This document shows, one piece after another, positions 24,161 through 33,600 of a stretch of DNA of 64,000 nt. The position numbers and the translations under genes are program-made. The DNA is from Candidatus Latescibacterota bacterium. GTDB lineage: Bacteria; Latescibacterota; UBA2968. The stretch is taken from NCBI GenBank assembly GCA_965204745.1, contig OZ242010.1, positions 960,001-1,024,000 of the forward strand, in the 5' to 3' direction. The notes under the pieces are model-generated. The model did not search any database. It saw only the letters and a program-made list of their open reading frames with translations, and had not been told where the DNA came from. The stretch's first letter is position 1; every line of letters starts with the position of its first letter.

Positions 24161-24351
24161 CTTCCAAGATACAAGAGGGGAAAGGGTTGGTTAGTCCCAG
24201 TTCATCCTCAAGTTGTCAGTTGTCAGGCCGCCCCCCATCACCCGTAGGGACAGGCCCCTGTGCCTGTCCTCAGTCCTCGGTTAGTCGCTTCGTCATTCCG
24301 ATGCACGCGCAAGCACAACGTCGGTAATTCAGTGACTTGTGTTTTTCGCCT

Positions 24352-24427
24352 TTCCCATCTCACGTCTCACGTCTTGCCTCTTGCCTCTTACGTCTCGCCT
24401 CTTACCTCTTGCGTCTCACGTCTTACC
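24352..24427. repeat. Degenerate heptamer array (TCTYRCS)
   Basis: TCTCACG/TCTTGCC/TCTTACG/TCTCGCC/TCTTACC units. Confidence 0.85.
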
Positions 24428-25396
24428 CGGTGCGCCGGAGGTGAATTTTGCGAGTTGCCGATGCAGATGGGTGCGGAGGTCGGGGTCGTCCGGTTGCAAG
24501 GCGATGGCTTGGCGGATGATGAGGATGGCGCGTTCTGTGTTGCCCAGTCTGTAATGCAATTCGGCGAGGGTGTCCAGGTACGAGGGCGCGTGGGGGCGCA
24601 GGCGCAGGGATCGCCGGGACAAGCGAATGCCCTCGCGCAGGTGAATCCCCTGAATCGCGTAGAGCCACGCGAGGTTGTTCAGGCTACTGTCGTCGAGGGG
24701 ATTGAGTTCGAGGGCTTTTTTGAAGTATTCCTCTGCGCGTTCATAGTCCTCATGCTCGTAGTACACATTGCCCAATTCGCCGTGGGCGCGGGCGTGGAGT
24801 TCGGATTCGCGGTCGGTTTGCGGTTCAATCGCCAACACTTGTCGGTATGATTCTTCGGCGCGCTCGGGCCATTTCAGGATGAGATAGAGCCTGCCGAGTT
24901 GGAAATGTGCCCACAGTGCCTGCGGCCAGCGTTCCACAACGGTTTCCAAGAGCGATTGGGCTTCGGGCAATTGTTCGTGCGCGAGATAGAGAACGATGAG
25001 GTCGCGGTGCGAGTCCTCGTGCGCGGGCACTTGGGCGATTGCTTTTTCCAACCAGCCGATAGCGGCTTCAGGCATGTCCATGGCTTCGCTGACCAGTGCC
25101 AAGTCTCGGTAGATGACGAGGTACTGCGGAGCCAATGCCTGTGCGGTTTCAAACTCGGCTTGGGCCGCGGCGTATTGCCGGCTCCGCAAATATGCCCTGC
25201 CCAACCACCGGCGCAAGACCGCGTCTTTGGGGCAGATTTCCACGGCGGCTTGAAATATCGCCAGCGCGGTTTCGCTGTTGCCATTGGCCTCGTGCGCGAT
25301 GGCGCGGTCCAAATGGCGATACGCCCGATACTCGGCACAACCGGCCAAGAGCAACGCAGACGCGAACAAAAACAGAAGGGGATAGTTGGCGTTCAT
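24416..25396 (-). CDS. TPR-repeat lipoprotein
   Basis: Lipobox LLLAGC; TPR motifs such as AHGELGNVYYEHEDYERAEEYFKKALELNP. Confidence 0.88.
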   Translation of the reverse strand: MNANYPLLFLFASALLLAGCAEYRAYRHLDRAIAHEANGNSETALAIFQAAVEICPKDAVLRRWLGRAYLRSRQYAAAQAEFETAQALAPQYLVIYRDLALVSEAMDMPEAAIGWLEKAIAQVPAHEDSHRDLIVLYLAHEQLPEAQSLLETVVERWPQALWAHFQLGRLYLILKWPERAEESYRQVLAIEPQTDRESELHARAHGELGNVYYEHEDYERAEEYFKKALELNPLDDSSLNNLAWLYAIQGIHLREGIRLSRRSLRLRPHAPSYLDTLAELHYRLGNTERAILIIRQAIALQPDDPDLRTHLHRQLAKFTSGAPGKT

Positions 25397-25513
25397 GGCT
25401 TCGCTCCTTTAGAGGAGTATAGAAATCGCACGGGGGGTTGTCAAGGTGCATCTCGCATCACATTAGGCAACAGCAATTCAATTTGGCGTTACACCATACA
25501 TGGGTTCTCTAAA

Positions 25514-25616
25514 CAGCCCGTAAGACCCCATCCCTTTAGGGTGGGGATATAGTGCTTGCATGTTGTGAAAGTAGGGGGGTATATTCCCCCTGTTTGCAAA
25601 CGGAGGAGTACGTCAC
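25514..25616 (+). mobile_element. Possible miniature IS200/IS605 derivative (ends only)
   Basis: LE-like hairpin CCCCATCCCTTTAGGGTGGGG and RE-like CCCCCTGTTTGCAAACGGAGGAGTACGTCAC. Confidence 0.5.
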
Positions 25617-25631
25617 CCGTTCACCTTTTCG

Positions 25632-26657
25632 ATGGGGTTTGTTATGACGCGCAGGTATTTTGTTTTTTTGCTCGCTTCGGTGCTCTGCCTTTCCTGCGGC
25701 GATGGGCGAGAGGGGATGCAGACGCAGAGTTTGATTATTGCGACTGCCACGCCCGGGGGCACGTATTATCCGGTGGGGGTCGCATTGGGTACGACCATCA
25801 CACAGCGGTTGCAACCCAAAATTGTGGCTTCGGCCATCAATTCCGCGGGGTCGGGCGAGAATATTCAGATGTTGCTCAACCGCGAGGCGCATTTGGCGAT
25901 TTTGCAGGGGTTGTTCGGCGAGATGGCGTATCGGGGGCAAGGCACGTATCAGGGCCAGCCGGTTCGGGAAATCCGCTCTGTTGCGATGCTGTGGGAAAAC
26001 GTCGAGCATTTTGTGCTACGCGCATCCGATGCCAAGACGGGTACGATTGACGATCTGAAAGACCTCGGTCACAAGTTCTCCATCGGCAAGCGCGGGAGCG
26101 GTACCGAAGGCGCGACCCGAGCCATTCTCGCGGCCCTGGGCATTTCTCCGGATGAGGATTTTACGTCTGAGTATTTGGGATATAGCCCGTCTGCTCAGGC
26201 CATGATCGACGGGCGCATCGCAGGGGCCACGCTGTCCGCAGGGCCGCCGGTGGCCGCTGTGACGCAGGCGTTTGCCCAACTCGGCGCGGATGGGGTCGCC
26301 GTGCTCGCGTTTGGGGACGACCACCTCAGCACCATCCAAAAATCGTTTTCGGTGTGGACGCGCTACACCATTCCGGCCAATACGTATCCCGGTCAGTCCG
26401 AAGCGATTGCGACTATCGCGCAACCCAATTTTTTGGCGTGCAGAGCCGACTTGCCCGAAGACATGGTGTACGAGATCACCAAGACCATTTACGAAAATTT
26501 GACGGAGATTCAAAATATCCACAAAGCCACGCTCGCCATGTCGCTCGAAAAAGCCACTGCGGGCCTGTCCGTTCCCCTGCACGCGGGTGCGTTGCGTTAT
26601 TATCGAGAAAAGGGGTTGGATATTGCACAGTCCGCCCCGCCCAACTCCCTTCGGTGA
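25632..26657 (+). CDS. TAXI-family TRAP transporter solute-binding protein
   Basis: IATATPGGTYYPVG, SAGSGENI, GKRGSGTE, VPLHAGALRYYRE. Confidence 0.93.
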   Translation: MGFVMTRRYFVFLLASVLCLSCGDGREGMQTQSLIIATATPGGTYYPVGVALGTTITQRLQPKIVASAINSAGSGENIQMLLNREAHLAILQGLFGEMAYRGQGTYQGQPVREIRSVAMLWENVEHFVLRASDAKTGTIDDLKDLGHKFSIGKRGSGTEGATRAILAALGISPDEDFTSEYLGYSPSAQAMIDGRIAGATLSAGPPVAAVTQAFAQLGADGVAVLAFGDDHLSTIQKSFSVWTRYTIPANTYPGQSEAIATIAQPNFLACRADLPEDMVYEITKTIYENLTEIQNIHKATLAMSLEKATAGLSVPLHAGALRYYREKGLDIAQSAPPNSLR

Positions 26658-26816
26658 GAGGGGAGACGGGAGAGGGCTACCGCACTATTCCGCTCAAGGG
26701 GTCAGTAGTCAGCCCACCCTGCCCAACCCCCTTTGGTAAGACGTGAGACGTGAGAGGGCTACCGCACTATCCCGCTCAAGAGGTCAGTTGTCAGTAGTCA
26801 GTAGTCAGTAGTCAGT

Positions 26817-27200
26817 GGCGTTGTTGCATAAATGTTGTCGTGGCAAAGTTCGTCCCTTTCCCGCGAGATTTAAGCCCCTCTTTCTCTGGGATAGGACACG
26901 GGTTTCGCGATCCTCATCATGCGATTGAGCACCGCACATCCCAACCGCGCTTCCGTTTCTTGGTTCTCCTGACTGCGTGCGCGCAACTGCCGCCCAATGC
27001 GTTGCTTGTACCGGCATAGTTGGGTTTCAACGACCGAGCGACGATGATAGCCACTGGTGCGTTTCCACTTTCGGCGACCTTGACGCCGGATGGCTCGGAT
27101 GATTTCATCGCGGGCGAGGGGGGGGGCCTTCCTGTTTCCATGTTGTTCAATTTTCGCGTCATGGCGCGGGGGAATCAGAGGTCGGATGGGGCCTCCTTGT
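26817..27200 (-). pseudogene. IS5-family (IS903 group) transposase 3' remnant with right inverted repeat
   Basis: Manual translation PLIPPRHDAKIEQHGN...WKRTSGYHRRSVVET...LNRM (stop at 26870); IR GGCGTTGTTGCATAAAT at 26817-33. Confidence 0.88.
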
Positions 27201-27491
27201 TTGGGGGCGGCGCATGTGTTGGGGAGAATAATTATTCGCCCCTACCTTGCGTTTGTCATAGCCGCCATCTGTCAAGGCAGAAGGGAAATACATCTCCCGC
27301 TTGCCTCGGGGATGGGGTATCATTTAACCGCAAAGCGCGGCGGAATTTTTCCGTCGCGCTTTTTGTTTTGGAACGAAAATTGCATAGATCCCCAATAGAA
27401 CGAAATTCCCGCTCAAAACCGCGCCTAAATGTGGTATTTTTTTCACATGTGTATATTTCTTTCACAGTTCAAAAAAGGATGAGATGCTTCC

Positions 27492-28691
27492 ATGAGTCCA
27501 TGTCGCACAACTTTTTATTTTTCTCTATCGCGTTTTTCAACCGCCATCTTCATCACAGCGGCACTCGTGCTCAACGCGATGGCCCCCATGCTCGCACATG
27601 CCGCCACGCAACTCCACGGCGATCAGGTCAATGCCAATGCGCTGGTTCGAGATGCGTACATCGCCATCACCTATCGCGACCGCAACGATCAAAAAAGAAT
27701 GGCGAGGGGCTGGATTGATGCGATAGGCGAGACATCGTTCACCATTCGCAGCGGCGGCCTCAAGGGCAAAACGACTATCGCATACGTCAAAGTCCTGTCC
27801 ATCATCATGAGCACAGAATCCAGCGTGCCCGCGAAACAGATGAACGAGGTGAACAGGTTCATTCGGAATGAACAAATGAAAGCCGTGAGTGTCGCGGTCA
27901 TGACACTCGAGGAGGGCACTCCCGAAAAGATCAAAAAGGGATGGTATGCCCATGTCGTCTATACGTCAGAAGGGGTGAAAGTGACCACAACGGGATGGAT
28001 TACTGCCAAAGACGCGGAGGGTATCGCGATCTATAATGGGGAAGGATTGAAAAAATGGAAAATAGCATACAGCGACATCGACACGCTTGCCGTCGCTAAA
28101 TACCGACGAACTGTTGAAGGATGGCAAAATTTAAGGCAGGCCGTGCAACTTTTCTCGAACGATGATCCAAAATCTGGACAAAGGTTTGATCTACGCAATG
28201 CCAAAGTGCGTTTCAAAGCCCCTTCAATTTCAAAATGGCGAATCGTTGGCAAGGTCGTAGAAATGAATCGGGATACGCTCGTTATCGAACTGCCGAGAAC
28301 TTTCATCCCCGGGCGACAAAAGCGAATCGTGGAAGTGACCGCCGCCACAATCACGAGCCAAGATGGACGGACATTGTATCAAGTGCCCATGGCTTCAATC
28401 TCCAATTTTGAAGTCAGCATTGGACAGCATAGACACACGGACACAGGCTTGTCAGTTGGGCTGATCTTGAGTGCAGGACTGGTCACACTCGCAGCAATTT
28501 CACAAGTGCGATACGTAAGTGTCGGCAATGTCGCAATGAGGGCGTGTGTACCGCTTACCGCCGTTACAACGCTCATTGGTGTTGCAATAAAATCCGAGAA
28601 ATGGGTCGAGGTGCCTCCGCAACGCCTCAACCTGAGCATCGCGCCCACGCCTGAAAAAGGACTTCGCGCCGCGCTCATGGTCAATTTTTGA
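27492..28691 (+). CDS. Hypothetical exported/membrane protein
   Basis: 399-aa ORF with signal peptide and C-terminal hydrophobic segments, ends in F. Confidence 0.7.
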   Translation: MSPCRTTFYFSLSRFSTAIFITAALVLNAMAPMLAHAATQLHGDQVNANALVRDAYIAITYRDRNDQKRMARGWIDAIGETSFTIRSGGLKGKTTIAYVKVLSIIMSTESSVPAKQMNEVNRFIRNEQMKAVSVAVMTLEEGTPEKIKKGWYAHVVYTSEGVKVTTTGWITAKDAEGIAIYNGEGLKKWKIAYSDIDTLAVAKYRRTVEGWQNLRQAVQLFSNDDPKSGQRFDLRNAKVRFKAPSISKWRIVGKVVEMNRDTLVIELPRTFIPGRQKRIVEVTAATITSQDGRTLYQVPMASISNFEVSIGQHRHTDTGLSVGLILSAGLVTLAAISQVRYVSVGNVAMRACVPLTAVTTLIGVAIKSEKWVEVPPQRLNLSIAPTPEKGLRAALMVNF

Positions 28692-28703
28692 AAGGAGACC
28701 CCA

Positions 28704-29537
28704 ATGAATGCAAAGCCCATCGGCAAATCCATCGCCATCTTCATCACAGCGGCACTGTTCATGGCGAGTCTCCTCGTCCTGTTCCCGCGTCTTGTGCAAG
28801 CGCAAGACCGCGTCTCCGTCAACATGGCGGGCGACTGGCTTCGGCGCGATTGGGGCAACTGCCGCGAAAACGTCACCGCGCAGCATCGCAATGGCGCGTT
28901 TGAAATCCACAGCGATCAGGCCGCCGCGCTCTTTTGGCAAGTGCCCACCAAAAACGGCATGTCCTTGCCCGTCGACCGCGAGCAAAATTGGATCAAACGC
29001 TGTGACCGTCCCCCAACCGGATTTGAAAAAACCATCCGCAACCAAGCGCGGGGGCAACACGACCTCATCTCGGCAACCGAATACCCCAACATCTCTTGGC
29101 GTTGGCGCGTGAGCAACACCATAGACGACAGCCGTACCACAGATGACAAAGGGGAAATCCAAAAATCGGGCGACGACTTCGCCGCCAAACTCGGCATCTC
29201 CGTGCTCAACACCAAAGGCGACCTGCGGGAAATCGCCTACTTGTGGACGCGCACCATCCCGGAAGAAACCGCGCTCACGCAGGTGACAACCGTCATTCCG
29301 TGGGTGCTCAAATTCAAATGGTACCGCATCGTCGCCCAAACCGGAGACCAAAACGCGAACCGATGGGTTGCGGAATCGCGCAATTTTTACAACGACTTCA
29401 AACGCTTCTACCCCAAAGAAGAACCCGCAGAAATCGTGCGCGTCTATCTCATGTCCGACTCGGACAACACCGGTAGCACAGTCACGGGCGCATTCGCGGA
29501 TCTCATGTTTCAAAAGTCAAAGAAATCAAAAAAATAA
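28704..29537 (+). CDS. DUF3047-like exported protein
   Basis: PNISWRWRV, KSGDDFAA, RNFYNDFKRF, MSDSDNT. Confidence 0.8.
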   Translation: MNAKPIGKSIAIFITAALFMASLLVLFPRLVQAQDRVSVNMAGDWLRRDWGNCRENVTAQHRNGAFEIHSDQAAALFWQVPTKNGMSLPVDREQNWIKRCDRPPTGFEKTIRNQARGQHDLISATEYPNISWRWRVSNTIDDSRTTDDKGEIQKSGDDFAAKLGISVLNTKGDLREIAYLWTRTIPEETALTQVTTVIPWVLKFKWYRIVAQTGDQNANRWVAESRNFYNDFKRFYPKEEPAEIVRVYLMSDSDNTGSTVTGAFADLMFQKSKKSKK

Positions 29538-29777
29538 ATTGATTTTCTATTGACCTATAGGACACCTCAACCCGTCACTGCTTCGGACAGGCACGGGGGC
29601 TTGTCCCTACGATTCGTGTAATGGGGGACATCCTGTGCGAGCAGGTTGACGTTGCGCCGCCGCGGCCTATCCCTACGATTCGCGTATTTGAAAATGAGGA
29701 CAAATAGAAATCAAATTGGTATAAGCATGGCAGAAGGTGAGGACGCAACAACCGCCCGAAATCGCGACAAATATCGG

Positions 29778-29910
29778 CGTTGCCACGGAAGAGGCGATTG
29801 TCAATGCCATGTGCGTGGTCGATTCTATGGTGGGACGCGACGACCGCGTGATGCCCGCGCTACCGCATGAGGAGTTGATCGAGATTTTGAGGAAGTACGG
29901 GAGAGGTGGG
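29778..29910 (+). pseudogene. C-terminal fragment of a DmpA/P1 (S58) peptidase
   Basis: ATEEAIVNAM...MVGRDDRVMPALPHEELIEILRKYGR. Confidence 0.65.
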
Positions 29911-29934
29911 ATGAACACAGATGAAAGAACAAAA

Positions 29935-29973
29935 AAACAAGCCCGGGTTCGCAAGGAACTCGGGCTTTTTGTT
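29935..29973. terminator. Intrinsic terminator-like hairpin (related copy at 59495-59537)
   Basis: AAGCCCGGGTTC-GCAAG-GAACTCGGGCTT flanked by A/T runs. Confidence 0.65.
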
Positions 29974-30110
29974 GTCTGAATCGCGGATTTGTGCGGATTA
30001 GGGGATTGCGCGGATTACCCTACCCCCTACCACCCCCACTGCGTCCTTCGCACCTGCTACATCCTTTACACCACCTGCACGCTCCGCCCTACCTGCGCCC
30101 CAATCCGCAT

Positions 30111-30428
30111 TCATCCGCTGATCGCCTGGGCGACAGAAGAAATCTGGCCCCGTTTGTTCAGTATGGCGACGATCTGACGGAATACGGTCAAGGTGTGTCC
30201 TTCGTAGTCGGCGTTTTCAAGGCTGTCAATGACCGAGACGGGCATGCCGGTCTGATCGACCAATTCCCGTTGCGACAGGCCAGACGCGGTTCTAAGGTGA
30301 TAGAGTTGAGTGCCGATCTCTGCGTTGATCCGTTCTGTTTTGAGCAAGGCTTCCAATTTCGGGTCGCCCGCGACATAGCGTTTGTGCAGGATTTCCACGG
30401 CATCTGTGGTTCTTTTTTCGCGCATCAT
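30111..30428 (-). CDS. XRE-family HTH antitoxin (HigA-like)
   Basis: LYHLRTASGLSQRELVDQTG...LENADYEGHTL; lies downstream of the toxin. Confidence 0.82.
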   Translation of the reverse strand: MMREKRTTDAVEILHKRYVAGDPKLEALLKTERINAEIGTQLYHLRTASGLSQRELVDQTGMPVSVIDSLENADYEGHTLTVFRQIVAILNKRGQISSVAQAISG

Positions 30429-30798
30429 TCATTCTCCAGCGAATAAGTATGTCGTTCAGGATTCCGTTCAAAGTTTCTTTTTCGGCGAATAGCACGGGCG
30501 ATTTCCGCAGGCGGCACGCGCTGTGTTTTGACAATGCCGTGCGAGAGCACCGCGGCGTTACGTCCATAAAAAAGTAAAGAAGCCGATATTGAATGTTGCG
30601 ATATGCGATGCGAAGTTCGTAAATATCGTCTCTCAAATAATCGGCTTCAGGTCTCCGAAGATCATATCCTAATGTGCTGAGTCGCTCAATTTTTGCAATA
30701 CATTTGGCCCTAACCTTGGGAAGCAGGTCGTCGAGCCACGCCAGCACGGGAACGGTTCCGTTCGCTTCACAATAGAATAGGACCTTAGTTTCCGGCAT
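30425..30798 (-). CDS. RelE/HigB (Gp49-like) toxin, frameshifted at the A6 run 30568-73
   Basis: LRRPEADYLRDDIYELRI...YRLLYFF; adding one base continues YGRNAAVLSHGIVK...ENE*, overlapping the antitoxin ATG. Confidence 0.8.
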
Positions 30799-31314
30799 TG
30801 CGGGTAGTTGTTTCTCAAGTGAAATTCTCGAATCCCTCCCGTGTTTAATCTCGCAAATTTGAGCGCAAGGTCAACCAATATCTCATCCTGACCCGCGTCT
30901 TTCATCCGCGTTCATCGGTAACTCCCCTGCCTTTCGCTACTGAATAACCGCTTCAGCACATGCTTTGCCCGTTACCTTTCTGCGCCCTTCGCCCCACCTG
31001 CGTCGCCCAATCCGCGCAATCCGCGCAATCCGTTTAATCCGCGATTCAGACTTGTTTGAGGTTGTGAAATGGGGAAAAGTGGCTATATTTGTCGCAAGGC
31101 CAACCACTGACCGCTTGAGGGTTCGGGGCGGGGCGGACTGACCACTGACCACTGCTTCGGGCGAGCACGGGGGCACCGCCCAAAAAGGTGAGAGGTGAGA
31201 GGCAAGACGGGAGAATACTTACACTCACTGCTCGCCTTTGAACGGCCTATCGCCATGTACCCCTTTTGTGTCTTTGAACTGGCTATCGCCAGTTGTACCC
31301 CGCTCGTGGCTATC

Positions 31315-31386
31315 CTCGCCTCTCGCCTCTTGCCTCTCGCCTCTCGCCTCTTGCCTCTCCCCTCTTACGTCTCACCTTTTACCCCT
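31315..31386. repeat. Degenerate heptamer array
   Basis: TCTCGCC/TCTTGCC/TCTCCCC/TCTTACG/TCTCACC units. Confidence 0.85.
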
Positions 31387-31400
31387 GACCAAGGAATCCC

Positions 31401-32894
31401 ATGTCCCAACTGCCCATCATCGCAGGTCTTTGTTCTTACGTTTTGATTACCCTGTCGGTCGGCATTTATGCCAGCAGGCGCGTTAAGGATTCGGTGGATT
31501 TTGTGGTTGCGGGTCGGCGGTTGGGCTTGGTGTTGACCACGGGCACGCTGTCCGCCACTTGGTTTGGCACGGGCACGGTGCTCGGCGCGGCGGGTGCGGC
31601 TTACAAAGGGGGGTTTTTGGCTGTGATTGCCGATCCCTTTGGCGCGGCTTTGTGTTTGTTTCTCGCGGGGATGTTTTACGTGCGGATGATGCGGCGGGCA
31701 GGCGTTTCCACAATTGCCGAATTTTTTGAGCGCAGATTTGGTCGGACAGCGGGGGTGTTCGCGGCGGTGTGTACGGTGCCGGCGTATTTGGGATGGGTCG
31801 CGTCGCTGATGGTCGGGTTTGGCAAGATCATCCACGCGGTGACGGGATTGGACGCGGTTGTAGGCACTTGCATCGGCGCGGTTATCGTGCTCGTCTATAC
31901 CACCGCAGGGGGCATGTGGGCGGTGACGCTCACGGATTTTATCCAAGTTGCGGTCTTGACGTTGGGCCTCATTTTTATGACGCCCATTCTCTTGAACGAC
32001 ATGGGCGGATGGGCCGCGATTCGCGCGCAGATACCGGACGACCAGTTTTATCTGTATCCCCGCGACGCGGGCCTGACCTCATGGGCGGCATACATGCGGG
32101 ATTGGTTGGTGATCGGCTTGGGCAATCTCGCCGGGCAAGATCTGTTGCAACGCAGTCTGTCCAGCCGCAATGAGTCCATCGCGCAAAACAGCGCGTATTT
32201 GTCGGGGGTGATTTATCTGACCGTGGGCATGTTGCCGGTGTTTCTCGGCATGGCAGCCACGCTCACCTTTCCCAATTTGGAGGATCCCGAGCAGGTGATG
32301 ATGAAACTCGCACAGACCTATCTGCCCCCGCTGGGCATCGCGGTGTTTCTCGGCGCGTTGATCTCCGCGCTGATGAGCAGTGCAGACAGTGCGTTGCTCG
32401 CGCCCGCCAGCGTGATCGGCAATGATTTGATTCGGTATGTGCGCCCGGATATCGACGCGCAAACCCAACTTCGCCTGTGCCGCCTCTGCGTGCCCATTCT
32501 CGGCGTGGTCGCGCTGTATCTCGCGCTTTCGCACAATACGGTGTACACGCTGATGGTCGATTCGTGGTCCGTGTTGCTAGCGACGCTTTTCGTGCCGTTC
32601 ACCGCGGGGATCTGGTGGCCCAAGGCCAATCGCTCGGGCGCGCTTTGGGCGATGATCGCCGGGGCGATTGCCTATCTCATTTTGCACAAACTCGCGCCGG
32701 ATCAGCCCGCGGATCTCCTCGCGGTTCCAGTCGGAATCCTCGCGCTCATCATCGGCAGCAAAGCCACGATCCAGACCGACCCGCCCCTGCCCATGTGCAA
32801 CGCCGAAGGCGCGCCGCTCGCATATCACAATCGCTTGGGCGTCCTCAACCCGTTTCGCAATTCGCCAGGAGATGATTTTCATGACCGCGCTTAA
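31401..32894 (+). CDS. Sodium:solute symporter family transporter
   Basis: DFVVAGRRL, YTTAGGMWAVTLTDFIQ, SALMSSADS. Confidence 0.93.
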   Translation: MSQLPIIAGLCSYVLITLSVGIYASRRVKDSVDFVVAGRRLGLVLTTGTLSATWFGTGTVLGAAGAAYKGGFLAVIADPFGAALCLFLAGMFYVRMMRRAGVSTIAEFFERRFGRTAGVFAAVCTVPAYLGWVASLMVGFGKIIHAVTGLDAVVGTCIGAVIVLVYTTAGGMWAVTLTDFIQVAVLTLGLIFMTPILLNDMGGWAAIRAQIPDDQFYLYPRDAGLTSWAAYMRDWLVIGLGNLAGQDLLQRSLSSRNESIAQNSAYLSGVIYLTVGMLPVFLGMAATLTFPNLEDPEQVMMKLAQTYLPPLGIAVFLGALISALMSSADSALLAPASVIGNDLIRYVRPDIDAQTQLRLCRLCVPILGVVALYLALSHNTVYTLMVDSWSVLLATLFVPFTAGIWWPKANRSGALWAMIAGAIAYLILHKLAPDQPADLLAVPVGILALIIGSKATIQTDPPLPMCNAEGAPLAYHNRLGVLNPFRNSPGDDFHDRA

Positions 32895-33600
32895 AAAAAT
32901 CGAACAAACCGATGCGCGATTCGCGCCTGCTTATGGGATTTCAGAAGCGGCTCGCCACCTCGGCATTCCGCGCTCTACCCTCTGGTCTTGGACCTCGGGG
33001 ATTCAGGGTGGCTCTGACCGCGGCAATTTTGAACCGGTTATTCTCGTACCCCCATCAGAGATCGTACAACTGTCCTTTGTCAACTTGGTGGAGGCCCATG
33101 TCTTGGTGGCACTTCGCAGAGTTCACAAGGTGCGGTTGCAGGATATTCGGGTAGCACTTGACACGCTTGAAAAACAGTTTCCCGGGAAAACGAAGCATCC
33201 GTTGGCTTTTCAGTCTTTTGCGACGGATGGCAAATATCTGTTTCTCAAGCATCTCGGGCAACTCATCAACCTTTCCAAACGCGGGCAACTGGAAATAGCA
33301 AAGGTCATCGACATGTATCTCCACCGCATTGAGTATGATGCGGGTGGCCCCGTTGTCTTGTATCCCTTTACGCGAGATCCATTCCTGAAAGATGATCAGC
33401 CGAGAGCTGTTTCGATGAATCCATATATTTCTTTTGGGCGTCCCGTGCTCGCGGGAAGAGGCGTGCCGACTGAAATTGTCTTTGAGCGGTTCAATGCGGG
33501 AGAGTTGATCAAAGCACTGGCGAAGGATTATGGACACAAGAGGTGGGAGATTGAAGAAATTATCCGGTACGAATCGGCCAGAAGCCGAAAGGCCGCTTGA
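32881..33600 (+). CDS. VapB45-like antitoxin (HTH plus DUF433)
   Basis: PAYGISEAARHL, LSFVNLVEAHVL, NPYISFGRPVLAGRGV. Confidence 0.85.
   Translation: MTALKKIEQTDARFAPAYGISEAARHLGIPRSTLWSWTSGIQGGSDRGNFEPVILVPPSEIVQLSFVNLVEAHVLVALRRVHKVRLQDIRVALDTLEKQFPGKTKHPLAFQSFATDGKYLFLKHLGQLINLSKRGQLEIAKVIDMYLHRIEYDAGGPVVLYPFTRDPFLKDDQPRAVSMNPYISFGRPVLAGRGVPTEIVFERFNAGELIKALAKDYGHKRWEIEEIIRYESARSRKAA

Larger units (their letters stand above)
22881..24175 (-). mobile_element. IS110-family (IS621-like) insertion sequence, complete
   Basis: CT core at both ends on the minus strand (22881-82, 24174-75); joined ends give AGAGTAT-CT-TGTAT versus IS621 donor ACAGTAT-CT-TGTAT; no terminal inverted repeats. Confidence 0.92.
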
